A stretch of 64,000 nt of DNA from an uncultured virus (IMG/VR IMGVR_UViG_3300046791_000665). Lineage: Duplodnaviria > Heunggongvirae > Uroviricota > Caudoviricetes. Each line of letters opens with the position of its first letter. Within the stretch, counting starts at the first letter, position 1. Where the stretch lies: IMG/VR virus record IMGVR_UViG_3300046791_000665. One strand, given 5' to 3'. Positions 1-9,867 of this stretch are shown in pieces. The notes beneath the pieces were generated by a model that worked only from the letters and a program-made list of their open reading frames with translations, searched no databases and was not told the DNA's origin. The translations under genes were made by a program, and so were the position numbers.

Positions 1-572
1 ACCTCGGTGGCGAGCGTGGCCGCGAAGGAGGCGATCGGCTCGCGAGGGGTCACCAAGGCGCCGTTCACGTTGAACGTGACGCCCGGCGGCACGATTAGCG
101 TCTTCAGCGCGGTGGCGGCGCGCGCCGCCTCCTCGCGCGTCATCCGCAGCTTGCCGTGGAACAGCGAGCCGTGCAGGCGACGGTCGACGGCGCGATTCGA
201 GACGCGGCGCCCCTCTTTCTTGAAGGACACCATGCCGGTGGTCGACTGGATCTCGGCCTCGTCACAGATCGCGAGCACGAGCTTCTCACCGAGATTGAAG
301 CGCCCGCGCTTCGCGAGCGCGCTCTTCTTCGTCGACGGGGCGAAGAGGGTGAAGGCGTGCGCCAGATCGGCGAAGCCGCTCGGGTCGTCGTCCGTCACCG
401 TGACCATCGTGAGTCGGTTTCCGGGCTCGAGGCTGATGCTCACCGTGCGAGCCTGAGTGTCGAGTGCGTTCGACACCAACTCGAACAGCGCGAACTCGAC
501 GCCCCGACGCTTCAGGATCGCGGCGAGGCCCTCCTTGTCGACCTGGAACCAGTCCTTGACGACGGCGGTCAC
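1..572 (-). CDS. GHKL (HATPase_c-like) ATPase domain protein, runs off window start
   Basis: Own translation from GTG at 572: MTAVVKDWFQVDKEG...ELVSNALD (N-box), VTDDDPSG (G1), RGRFNLGEK (G2). Overlaps stop of upstream ORF (GTGA). Confidence 0.75.
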   Translation of the reverse strand, partial: MTAVVKDWFQVDKEGLAAILKRRGVEFALFELVSNALDTQARTVSISLEPGNRLTMVTVTDDDPSGFADLAHAFTLFAPSTKKSALAKRGRFNLGEKLVLAICDEAEIQSTTGMVSFKKEGRRVSNRAVDRRLHGSLFHGKLRMTREEAARAATALKTLIVPPGVTFNVNGALVTPREPIASFAATLATE

Positions 573-1105
573 GAGCGCACCTCCTGCCCCTCGACGTTGT
601 GGCGCGCCGCAGCAAAGCGGTGGTGGGCGTTGCCGAGCACCCGGTGGGCTTCCGCGACGGCCTCGCGCGCCTTCTCATAATCCTCTTCGGCAGCGCGCAG
701 GGCGTTCGACGCGGCGGCGCGCTCGCCTTCGAGGATGACGGCGGGGTTCGCCGCTGCCCACTCGCGCACGGCGCGGAGAACCTCCGCTTTGATCGCGGCT
801 GCGTGGGTCTTCGGCGCCTCGTCCTTGCCGTAGGCGTAGAATCCGAGCTTCTTGCAGTAGAAGGCGCTGCGCGACTCGCGGAGCGGGTCCTTCTCGTCGC
901 GCGTCGGCACCCACTCGCCGCCGATCGCGCACTCGAGGTAGAGCGACGTCGAGTACTGGGTGCTCCGATAGGTCAGGCACCTGCCGTTCGAAGAGGCGTT
1001 GGCGTAAATGCGCTCGCCGTTCGTGATGGCGAGGAAGATCGTCCCGAACTTCGTCTCGACGGGGATGTCCTGCGGATATTGCACCCACTCGCGCTTGGTC
1101 GTCAT
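569..1105 (-). CDS. hypothetical protein
   Basis: ORF with GGAGG-like RBS before ATG 1105, directly downstream of promoter at 1131-1159. Confidence 0.7.
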   Translation of the reverse strand: MTTKREWVQYPQDIPVETKFGTIFLAITNGERIYANASSNGRCLTYRSTQYSTSLYLECAIGGEWVPTRDEKDPLRESRSAFYCKKLGFYAYGKDEAPKTHAAAIKAEVLRAVREWAAANPAVILEGERAAASNALRAAEEDYEKAREAVAEAHRVLGNAHHRFAAARHNVEGQEVRS

Positions 1106-1130
1106 GGTGATGTTTCCCTCCACGAAATAC

Positions 1131-1159
1131 AGTCTAGCTCTCGCCGTGCTTACTGTCAA
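1131..1159 (-). promoter_or_regulatory. sigma70-type promoter TTGACA-17-TAGACT
   Basis: Minus strand TTGACAgtaagcacggcgagagcTAGACT; near-identical copy at 4137-4165. Confidence 0.8.
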
Positions 1160-1716
1160 CTAAAAAACACTAGCTAAAAGCTGAAGGATTTCACGTACTT
1201 ACGCGCCTGCCTTCTTCCGGCGCCGCGCGTCCAGCAACTTGACCTTGCTCATTTTTTCTAGTCCCCCAGTAAGTTGTCGAGCGCCTTGTCGATCAGGAGC
1301 TTGACCTCGTAGTTCGCGCTCGCCCCGCACGTGCACGAACCGTCGGGGTCCAGATCCGCCGGGCACCGGCTGGAGTGCCCGCCGCTCAGCTTTTCCTTGG
1401 CCTTGATCAGACTCTCGATCGCCTGCCGTTTGTTGGTTGCCATTGGGTCTCCGTTAGAATTTCCTATGAGCTTGCCGTCGAAGATCACCGCTCATGTAAT
1501 CCCACGCGATGTCGCACTCGTCGGCAATCTGGTACAGCCACTCTTTCCCCGGCTTGCACGCTTCGTTTCCGTAAGCGATTGCAGATACCAGTGTGGGACC
1601 GTTGAACCAGAGCGTTCGCCCGCGCGTTCCGCTGTCGTCCACCATGATATCGATTCGCCACCGTGCCATCAGCCTCTCCTCGTTACAATTCCCGTTATCG
1701 GGCGCCCCGTCGAGAG

Positions 1717-2223
1717 CTATTCGTAGACGATCCGCCCCTTCTGCGTCTTGATCTTGTTGTTCTTGACGACGATTCGACCACGATCGTCGCCGCTCTCACC
1801 CTGCCACGTCACCTCGCCGCTGAGTTTGATCCCCCAGTGGTCGAGAAAGTGATCGATGATGTACTGCAACCACTCGATGTAGGCGCCGAATTTCTCGTTG
1901 CCGTCCCACTCGATGCATCCCCCATCGTCGGTCGCCACCCACTGGCACCACAGCCCCGGCTGCGACGGCGGCGGATCGTTGTTGTCGAGCACCGAAGCGT
2001 CTTTGTCCTGACCCATGAAGCCCATGCCGCCGACGAAATACTCCCCGTACTCACCGACGGGCAACCCCGCCGCCTCGCGCACGGGATCGGAAAGCGCCTG
2101 CGCCTTCTCCGCGCTGCGCTTCATGCGCCGCGTCTGATTGAACCCCTTGAGATACGCCACCTGCGCGGCGGTGAGCGGCTTGTCGAGATCGAACTGGCCT
2201 TCGAAATTGGTCGTGTATCCCAT
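1717..2223 (-). CDS. conserved phage-type hypothetical protein
   Basis: MGYTTNFEGQF...QPGLWCQW...WDGNEKF..YIEWLQYII; good RBS and GC3-rich codon usage. Confidence 0.7.
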   Translation of the reverse strand: MGYTTNFEGQFDLDKPLTAAQVAYLKGFNQTRRMKRSAEKAQALSDPVREAAGLPVGEYGEYFVGGMGFMGQDKDASVLDNNDPPPSQPGLWCQWVATDDGGCIEWDGNEKFGAYIEWLQYIIDHFLDHWGIKLSGEVTWQGESGDDRGRIVVKNNKIKTQKGRIVYE

Positions 2224-3877
2224 GATCGTTCCCTCCATGCGCTCCCCCTCCGTCGAGAGGGAGAGCCGGTGCAAGGAACTGGCAATTGCCCTTATCGGTT
2301 CTCCGACGGTACCTTGGACAAGAACTGCCGCGCCTCTTCGACCAACTCCGCAGGCGGAGGAATGATGCACTCCACCGCGCAGCCATCGACTTCACACTGC
2401 CCGTTTCTGTGCAGTTGAGGCGAGTGCCTGCAAAGGCAATGTCCTGCCAGAATACTCTCGGCGTCCATCGCGCTGTTTATTTGGTCGAACCATTTCATGT
2501 TTCACACCCTTCCAACGGACAATATCGGTTATCGGGTCAGCGACGGGGGTTCTTTGAGTCCGTCGAGGTGTAACAACGCCTCTCGCAACGTGCGGAAGTG
2601 CAGGGCACGCGCAGGTTCGCCGAGTACCTTGTACGCGTCATCCGAGCGCGCGGCGATGTACCAGCCGCGTCCCGCGTCTTCGCTGATCGCGATCTCGAAT
2701 CGGTGCCCGTGCGCGACCACATCGTAGACGCCGCTGTAGCGCTTGCGCACGTCAAGGTAGGCCGAATGGTCCGCCCGTGCGAACTTGTCGCTGAGATTCT
2801 TGCGCTTCATGCGCTGCAGCTGACCGCTTCCGAGGCTCACAAGACACCATCCTTGCACGAGTAGCAGACTTTGGCGTCGAGCGGGAAAAAGTGCGGGCAA
2901 ACTTTGTCGCGGCAACCGGGGCACTCGCGCACGTTGGTGCTGGCGACACCGCCACGTGTACGGGCCTTCCGCGCGCACCGCTCGCATACACCCTCCAGAC
3001 TCCATCCGAGTTTCGCAAGGGCCTTGTCGGTGCGCTTGTCGCACGACGCGACCGTATCCTGAGCCCACGTCGTGGGAGTGTTTCGGTGCTTGTGCCCGAG
3101 CTTGCAGCGCATGACGCCGTAGAGCCCCATCGGCTATCGCTTCTCCGACGAGTCGAAGAGGCGGCGCGAACTGAACGAGACCTTGCCGACACCGAACACG
3201 AACTTGATCTTCTTCACCAAGTCTCGCTCGTTGTCGCCGAAGAGCCGTCCGTTCACGGTGTCCACCGCCATGCGGTCCGTGGCGACATCGATGAGTAGAC
3301 GGCCATTCCAGGAACCCGCTTTCACCTTCCTCTGTTTGCCGAAAAGTGCCATTGCTTCCTCCGTCGGTGGATAGGATCGCCTCGTAGAGAACGTCGCAGC
3401 GCCACCTACCTCGCTACGACGCGAGGGTTGAAGCCGTCCCACGACGCGCCGTAGCTGGCGACGGTGCGCTCCGCGTTGCCGGATCGGACGTAGGTCTTCG
3501 CCTCGCTGCGATCCTCCGTATACCACGCGCCATCCCACTGCACGCGGCCGGCGAGGTAGGCCGGGCGACCGTTCAGGGTCGGGATCGTCAACTCGATCAG
3601 GTAGTTTTTCATGTCCGTTCCCTCCGTCGGTGACTTGATAATGACCTAGAAACCCAACCCTGCGCAAAACACGCAGCAGGTCCCATCGATATGCAGCCGG
3701 CGACCACATGACGGACAGGCCCCTTCCGTAATTCTCCCTGCGTTCACATCGCGATGCCAAGCGGAGCAGCGATCGTAATGGTCGCGTTGTTCCTGCGTCT
3801 CGGTACCGCGCTTCGATCCACCATCCATTCGCCGTCGCTTGATTCGCATCGGGTCTCCCGTCGGTGACTTGATAATG

Positions 3878-4129
3878 CTACTTGTCGGTTTTGGCGCGCG
3901 TCGCGGTATAGAGCGCGCGGCGGCCCTCGACCGGGAGATCGCGTTTCGCCACGCAGCGCTTGCGGTCGCAGAGGTAGAAACCGGGGCCGTCGCCGGCACC
4001 ACACACCTCGTCGTCCGTGTAGTAGTTGGTCCCGACCGGCTTCCCGCAGCCGTCGCACGACGCCGACGCCTGATACTTCCCCCGGCGATCCTTGGCGACG
4101 TGTTGGTAGCGCTTGAGTTTGTGTGCCAT
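3878..4129 (-). CDS. small Cys-rich (Zn-binding) protein, probably leaderless
   Basis: MAHKLKRY...CDGCG...LCDRKRC; ATG lies 7 nt after the -10 box. Confidence 0.6.
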   Translation of the reverse strand: MAHKLKRYQHVAKDRRGKYQASASCDGCGKPVGTNYYTDDEVCGAGDGPGFYLCDRKRCVAKRDLPVEGRRALYTATRAKTDK

Positions 4130-4136
4130 GAGAAAC

Positions 4137-4165
4137 AGTCTAGCTCCTGCCGTGCTTTCTGTCAA
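4137..4165 (-). promoter_or_regulatory. sigma70-type promoter TTGACA-17-TAGACT
   Basis: Minus strand TTGACAgaaagcacggcaggagcTAGACT. Confidence 0.8.
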
Positions 4166-4216
4166 CGAAAAAACATGAACTAAGAACTGAATGATTACGC
4201 ACACTTAGCCGCCAGC

Positions 4217-4366
4217 CTACTTTTCGGCTTGGATGTCCAGCGTGACTCGCATCCAGTCCGCGAGCGACCGTCGATCACGCGCCGCCGCCCGACTCCACCG
4301 CGCGACCTGCGCCGCGTCGGCGCGTAGTTGATAGACCTTGTCCATCGGTGCTTTTTTCTTCGGCAT
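4217..4366 (-). CDS. ribbon-helix-helix-like DNA-binding protein (49 aa, not in ORF track)
   Basis: MPKKKAPMDKVYQLRADAAQVARWSRAAARDRRSLADWMRVTLDIQAEK fits the RHH pattern. Confidence 0.6.
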   Translation of the reverse strand: MPKKKAPMDKVYQLRADAAQVARWSRAAARDRRSLADWMRVTLDIQAEK

Positions 4367-4412
4367 CGAAGGAATTGTGTACTACGGGCGTAGTGCAGGT
4401 GTCAAGGAATGC

Positions 4413-5105
4413 TTACGTGAGGCTGGCGTACTGGTCGACGAGCGCGGCCACGTCCGCCGCGCTGCGAGAGAAGCTCCACGCCGGAGTCGGCGCCGAGCGG
4501 AGGAAGATGCGAACGATGACCCCCTTCTCGACGCCGCCGTTTCGCGGCGACGTGTTCTTGAACTTGAGCGCCGCGCCGCACGCGATCGAGACCTCCCCCA
4601 GACGCTTGCGCGGGCCGATGTCGCCGACCACGCACTGCACGCTCTCCCCCGTGTCCCGATCCGCCACCAGCGCCGCGTCGCCCACCTGCACCCCGAAGAC
4701 CTCGCGCAGCTGCGGCGGCACCGAGATATAGGGGATCACGCGGCTGTCGACGTAGCGCCGGTAGTCGCCGATCGGGTAGTTCTTGTCAACGAGCGCAGTC
4801 GGCGAGACGAGGTAGCTCTTGTAGGGTCCGTCGGTCTGCTTGACCGGCTTGCCGTGCGGATCGGTCACCACACCCGCCCACCCGTGCACCGGATTCTCCG
4901 GATCATCCGTCGTGACGTGGAGCGCGTTGTGTATATCGTCGAGTGGCTTCAGCCCGAGCGCGGCAGCATCGGATCGCAGCGCGAACGCTGTCGGCGCCCC
5001 GTCCGCATCGATCGCGCCCCCGGCCTCGTACTGCACCTCCCACCCGAACGGAGTCGCGACAAGGTTCACTTGGATCCCGCCGATATTGATAATGGAGATA
5101 CTCAC
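4413..5105 (-). CDS. GH75 chitosanase-like glycoside hydrolase (possible lysin)
   Basis: IDADGAP, VDSRVIPYISVP, VGDAALV, VVGDIGP, LGEVSIA motifs. Confidence 0.7.
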   Translation of the reverse strand: MSISIINIGGIQVNLVATPFGWEVQYEAGGAIDADGAPTAFALRSDAAALGLKPLDDIHNALHVTTDDPENPVHGWAGVVTDPHGKPVKQTDGPYKSYLVSPTALVDKNYPIGDYRRYVDSRVIPYISVPPQLREVFGVQVGDAALVADRDTGESVQCVVGDIGPRKRLGEVSIACGAALKFKNTSPRNGGVEKGVIVRIFLRSAPTPAWSFSRSAADVAALVDQYASLT

Positions 5106-5443
5106 TTCTTCTTGCGCGCTGCCGCGTTCGCCTCCATCCCGCGGTTGTACTGTTCCTTCAGGTCTCGCCACACGGCTCCGACCCCGCGCTTCCGCACGGC
5201 GCCGAAGACGTCGCTCAACTTCGAGAACGCAGCCGAGGCGATCTTCTGCTTCACGGCCTCGAGCTTGTCGTCGGCCGTAATTGCCCCGTCGATCATGTCG
5301 GCGAGCGCTGCGGGCACGTCCTCCGCAAAGAGCGTGGTCGCGCGCAGGAGGCGGTCCTGCCACGATCGCGCGCCCGAGAACTCTCCCTCCGCGAAAAGCT
5401 GGAAGAGGTATATTTTTAACGCGTCGAGTCGCATCTTCTCCAT
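5102..5443 (-). CDS. hypothetical helical protein
   Basis: ORF translationally coupled to the GH75 gene. Confidence 0.5.
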   Translation of the reverse strand: MEKMRLDALKIYLFQLFAEGEFSGARSWQDRLLRATTLFAEDVPAALADMIDGAITADDKLEAVKQKIASAAFSKLSDVFGAVRKRGVGAVWRDLKEQYNRGMEANAAARKKK

Positions 5444-5623
5444 GAACTGGATTCTAACACGATTTCCGCGCTTGCCGAGCGGGCGCTCTCTGTGCGAGTA
5501 TCCAATTGTGATGAGAGACGAAGACCCTGTTTTGACCGACCGCGCCCTCGTGGTCATCGCGACCATCGCGATACCGGGCATGATCATCCTCGCGCTCGCC
5601 GCGAGCGCCCTATTGATTTTCGG

Positions 5624-6022
5624 ATGACGCTGATGCTTCTCCGACTCGTTGCGTGGCTCGCACTCAGCACTTCCGTCGGACGCGTCGGGCTCGGCACAAT
5701 CTTCCACTCGCGCGGTGACGCCGGCAATCCGAACAACCACCTCGCCTGCGTCTACAAAACACACGATGCCAAGGGGCGCCCGCTCCGCCACTACCAGCAC
5801 AAGATCCTCGACGACCGCGACATGGTGGTGGCGCTACCGAAGCGCTACCCGTGCCTCTCGTGGGTCTGGATCTACAATTTTCGCACGGGACTCTCGACGC
5901 TCGCGCGCGTAGGTGACCGGGGCCCTCGCCACGCCATGATCGATATGAGCCGCGCCGTAGCCAGAGCGATCCGCCACAACGGCAAGGAGAAGGTGCTCAT
6001 GATCCCGCTCGGTGGTCCATGA
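5624..6022 (+). CDS. RlpA-like double-psi beta-barrel lytic transglycosylase with signal peptide
   Basis: ARVGDRGP and IDMSRAVARAI motifs; hydrophobic N-terminus. Confidence 0.7.
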   Translation: MTLMLLRLVAWLALSTSVGRVGLGTIFHSRGDAGNPNNHLACVYKTHDAKGRPLRHYQHKILDDRDMVVALPKRYPCLSWVWIYNFRTGLSTLARVGDRGPRHAMIDMSRAVARAIRHNGKEKVLMIPLGGP

Positions 6023-6149
6023 AGCCGAACCCGATGCGGCTCCTCTGCTTCGGCGTCGCCTGGGGGAGCTTCCTGCTCTTCCTCGCCGCCTGCGCCTCTT
6101 AAGCGCGCTGGCGCGCTGCACCGAGCGCGTCGAGTCCACCTACTTTTCA

Positions 6150-7784
6150 TCACATAAGATCAAACGCTCGCCGCCACGCCGTCCTCATCATCTTCGTGAA
6201 CACTCCTCGATCCCAAGCCCCGCGCGCCGCACCTTCCCCAACGCTGCTGCACCACTTCCCCCAGGGCACGAAGAGCCCCCGCTTCGTCTTCTCGTCGACG
6301 ATCGCGGAGGGCACGCCGAGCCGTCGCGCGACCTCGCGCAGCACCGCCTTCGACTCCCGCTCGTTGATCTTCCACCTCGTCGGCATCCGGGCCCCGAGTT
6401 CGATCAGGCGGTGGTCGAGAAACGGCGAGCGATTCTCCATCCCGAACGCCGCCGCCATGCGATCGGCCATGCGCAGGAGCACCTGCATGGTCGTGTAGAA
6501 GTCGACGCGCATCATCGCCGCAGGAAGATCGCAGCACGTCCCCGCAAAGCGCTGCGCGATGCTCCTCGCGTGGTCGAGCGTCGCCTCGCCGCCGCGATTC
6601 AGCATCCTGGCCAGGATCTCGTCGGACTTCCCGAACATGGAGCGGTAGAGCGCCCCGTACGCCGAGAGGTTCTCATCTTCGATCGCCTGATCGAGCCACC
6701 ACAAAATTCGATAGCGCGAGTACCCTCCAAAAAGCTCGTCCGCGCCCTCACCCGAGAGCACGACGACCGCTCCGTCCTCGGCGATCTTCTGGTCCATGAA
6801 CCACTGGCACACAGCCGTCCACGTCGCCGGAGTATCGAGGTGGTAGGCCACCTTCGACAGCACGCGGTCGAGGTCGGCGAAGCCGAACGTGATCGCTGCA
6901 GGCTCGCGCCCCTGCGCCGCCGCCCGCGCGAGCGCGAGGTTGTCAACGCCGTCTTCTGGAAACGTCGCCGTGTAGAGCCTGTCGCTCTTCGCGACCGCCT
7001 GGATGATGGCCGAATCGAGCCCGCCCGAGATCTGCACCGCTACCGGGACTTCGGTCACCGCGCGGAGGCGGATCGAATCGACGAGAAGTGACTCCGTCTG
7101 CTCTATCGCCTCATCCCACGACATTCCCTCGTCGATGTCCGTCGGGAGACTCCACCACCTCGCTGGCTGCGGTGCTCCGAGGGTCGCCGTGCCCGCAAAC
7201 AAAATGTACTCGCCCGGCCCGAGGCAGCGAACGCCTCGGAACGGCGTCGTCTCTAGGCAGTCGAATTCCAGCGCTTCAAGCTCAGCGCAGGGCGCCTCCT
7301 CGAGCTTCACCGGCAGGGCCTTGATCTCCGAGGCGAACGCGATCCCGCTGCCGAGTGGAGCGTAGTAGAGAGGCTTCTCGCCCGCGCGATCGCGCGCGAG
7401 CAGGACGACGCCCTTCAGTGTGTCGACTAAGACGAGCCCGAACATCCCGTTCAGTCGCTGGAGCACGCCGAGCCCCCACCGCCGCCACCCGCGCGCCACG
7501 ACCTCGGCGTCGCACTCCGTCGCCCACGGAAGTCCATCGGAGAGTTCGGCCCGCAGCGCGCGCCAGTTGTAGACCTCACCGTTGAAGGCGAGGACGACCC
7601 CGCAGGAAGCGCGGAAGTCGAACGGCACCGGGATCGCCGTTCTATCGACGATCGACAACCTTGCCATCTCGAGCGAGACGTGCGCCCAGGAGAGATCCTC
7701 CGACAACCCTCCAGTGCCGTCAGGACCGCGATGCGAGAGCATCCTGCCGGAACGCGGCGTGAGCGAACCGACAAACCCGCACAT
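6150..7784 (-). CDS. asnB: asparagine synthase (glutamine-hydrolysing)-like amidotransferase
   Basis: N-terminal MCG, HRGPDG, FNGEVYN, RDRAGEKPLYY, SGGLDS, SGEGADELFGGY, RSPFLD. Confidence 0.92.
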   Translation of the reverse strand: MCGFVGSLTPRSGRMLSHRGPDGTGGLSEDLSWAHVSLEMARLSIVDRTAIPVPFDFRASCGVVLAFNGEVYNWRALRAELSDGLPWATECDAEVVARGWRRWGLGVLQRLNGMFGLVLVDTLKGVVLLARDRAGEKPLYYAPLGSGIAFASEIKALPVKLEEAPCAELEALEFDCLETTPFRGVRCLGPGEYILFAGTATLGAPQPARWWSLPTDIDEGMSWDEAIEQTESLLVDSIRLRAVTEVPVAVQISGGLDSAIIQAVAKSDRLYTATFPEDGVDNLALARAAAQGREPAAITFGFADLDRVLSKVAYHLDTPATWTAVCQWFMDQKIAEDGAVVVLSGEGADELFGGYSRYRILWWLDQAIEDENLSAYGALYRSMFGKSDEILARMLNRGGEATLDHARSIAQRFAGTCCDLPAAMMRVDFYTTMQVLLRMADRMAAAFGMENRSPFLDHRLIELGARMPTRWKINERESKAVLREVARRLGVPSAIVDEKTKRGLFVPWGKWCSSVGEGAARGAWDRGVFTKMMRTAWRRAFDLM

Positions 7785-8681
7785 CTACCGGACCCGAACG
7801 CCGCGCACGCTCGTCGGAAAATTTCCGACGCGATCCACATCGAAGCCGGCCTCAATAAACCAGCGCTTGACTTCCTCTGCGCCGTGCCACCAGCGGTAGG
7901 TCGGGCAGTGCCAGTCGAAGGTATCCGACGCACATTCTTCTGCGTCCCTGCTCGACGACACCCGCAGCACCTGCTCGAGCGCGCCCCAGCCGCCTGCGTA
8001 GCCGTCCCGAATCTTCGGCGCCCACTTCGCGAAGATCTCCGACAGCACCCGCGGCGGCACCGAGCGCGTGATCTCGTGCAGCATCTCCATCGGCGCGAGC
8101 CAGCGATCATCGCTCGCAGGTTTCGCGTAGACCCACACGGCGAAGGATCCGCCGCGCCTGACCGTGCGCGCAACCTCCTTGAACGCCCGCTCGGTGCTCT
8201 CGGTGTGGTGCAGCACTCCGATCGAGAACGCGTGGTCGACCGACTCGTCGCGGAGCGGCAGCGCGAGGATGTTGGCCTGGAGAAATTCGGCACCACTCAC
8301 GTTCTCCGTCGCTGCCAGGAGCGCGTGCGCCGAGCCGTCAACGCCGATCACCTTCGCTCCCATCCCCTGAGCAACCGCCGCGAAGCGTCCGCAACCGCAG
8401 CCCGCGTCGAGCACGGTCTTCCCGCCCAGCATCGCCTTCGAGAACCCCGTCTTCTCCTCGAAGATCCCCGCCGTCGTCGCTTGAAATTTCGGGTAGCGGC
8501 GCCAGCGCTCGTCGAAACCCGCATCCACCGATTCAGACACGAAGCGCGGCACGCCTCGGATCACGGGGACGATGTATCCGCAGCGCGCGCAGGCCAGGAG
8601 CCCGTCGTAGCTCGACTTCTCCGCCATGGGCGAGTCATCGCTCGCGCACTTCGGACACCGCAGCATCTTCAGGTCCACCAC
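7785..8681 (-). CDS. class I SAM methyltransferase with N-terminal Trm112-like Zn ribbon
   Basis: LRCPKC...CARCG..VPVIRGVPRF; VLDAGCGCGRF; SIGVLHHT. Confidence 0.85.
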   Translation of the reverse strand: MVDLKMLRCPKCASDDSPMAEKSSYDGLLACARCGYIVPVIRGVPRFVSESVDAGFDERWRRYPKFQATTAGIFEEKTGFSKAMLGGKTVLDAGCGCGRFAAVAQGMGAKVIGVDGSAHALLAATENVSGAEFLQANILALPLRDESVDHAFSIGVLHHTESTERAFKEVARTVRRGGSFAVWVYAKPASDDRWLAPMEMLHEITRSVPPRVLSEIFAKWAPKIRDGYAGGWGALEQVLRVSSSRDAEECASDTFDWHCPTYRWWHGAEEVKRWFIEAGFDVDRVGNFPTSVRGVRVR

Positions 8682-9265
8682 TTGCTCCTCTCCGATACGT
8701 CGATCAAGACGCCGAAATTGTTCTCGCAGTGGCGCAGGTCCGACGCGACTCGGATGCGGCGCTCCGCGTCCGACGAGAAGAACGTGCAGCAGCGCCGCTC
8801 GGGGACGTGCCGGGCGAGCAGCGTGCGCAACTCTTCCGGCGTGTACTCGCGAACGTGGTACTCGTTTTCGGCGTGCGACACGTTCCAGTTCGGCGTCGAG
8901 AAGAACGCAAACTCCCGCGCGACCTTGAGAAGCTGCGCGAGAAACGCCTCGTCCTCCTCGACGTGCTCGATCACGTCGCACGCAACGGAGAGGTCGTACG
9001 ATCTCGGATTCACCGTCAGAAACGGCGTGTCGATGACATCCGAGCGGAGCGGGAGCGGGTCGAGCCCGTGAACAGCCGAGGCTCCCGCGTTGCGGAGGAT
9101 ATCCACGCCGTAGCCCGTACCCGCTCCGACCTCGATCACCGTTCGCCTGTGCGCCCACGGCACGAGGAGTCGATACCACATCTCCTGGCAGAAATCCGGT
9201 TGCCCGAGGCGCTCCTCGACGGAGAGCGTCTCCATGCGCGTGAATCCCTGGTCGCGGCGGGGCAC
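8669..9265 (-). CDS. class I SAM methyltransferase
   Basis: VIEVGAGTGYG, DVIEHV, FSTPN. Confidence 0.85.
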   Translation of the reverse strand: MPRRDQGFTRMETLSVEERLGQPDFCQEMWYRLLVPWAHRRTVIEVGAGTGYGVDILRNAGASAVHGLDPLPLRSDVIDTPFLTVNPRSYDLSVACDVIEHVEEDEAFLAQLLKVAREFAFFSTPNWNVSHAENEYHVREYTPEELRTLLARHVPERRCCTFFSSDAERRIRVASDLRHCENNFGVLIDVSERSKWWT

Positions 9266-9867
9266 TAGATCCCCACCTTCGCACTGATCGGTTCCAGGCG
9301 CCAGCCCAGGTTTCCGCTCGCGAATGCTACCTCATCTGCGATCCTCCACCCTGCCTCGGCGATGACGCCCAGCACGTCGCCCCTGCGGAACGTCTGATAG
9401 TAGACGCCATCTGTGACCGAAGAGATCGCCTCCGCTGCCGGCGGACGGTACCAAATGATGATGGCGAGCCGCTTCGCGGAAGCGAGCAGGTGCGAGAGGC
9501 TCGGCTCGAGCGAGGGCTGGTGTTCCAGAACCGCCTTTGAGTAGACGATGTCGAACGCGCGCTGCGGTAGCTCGATGAGCGGTTGGTTTCGCCAGTCGGC
9601 CTCCGGAAACTTTTGCCGGAGCGCGGCGCAGAGCTTCCGCGAGCCCTCGAAGCCGGTGTAGAACAATTTACCGTCAAAGACGCTCTGCCGAAACTGCCGC
9701 TCGTAGTCCACGCCCGGGCCGGGGCCTACTTCCGCCATCGTATGGCAGCCGCTCTCGGCCGCCATCCGGATCACGCTCCCCGCCCAGGCACGCGACGGGT
9801 TGTCCCAATCGTCGGCGAGAAAGAGGCTCGGATCAACAGTGTTCCAGTAGGAGAAATCGAGCGTCAT
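9265..9867 (-). CDS. class I SAM methyltransferase
   Basis: EVGPGPG, FDIVYSKAVLEH. Confidence 0.75.
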   Translation of the reverse strand: MTLDFSYWNTVDPSLFLADDWDNPSRAWAGSVIRMAAESGCHTMAEVGPGPGVDYERQFRQSVFDGKLFYTGFEGSRKLCAALRQKFPEADWRNQPLIELPQRAFDIVYSKAVLEHQPSLEPSLSHLLASAKRLAIIIWYRPPAAEAISSVTDGVYYQTFRRGDVLGVIAEAGWRIADEVAFASGNLGWRLEPISAKVGI

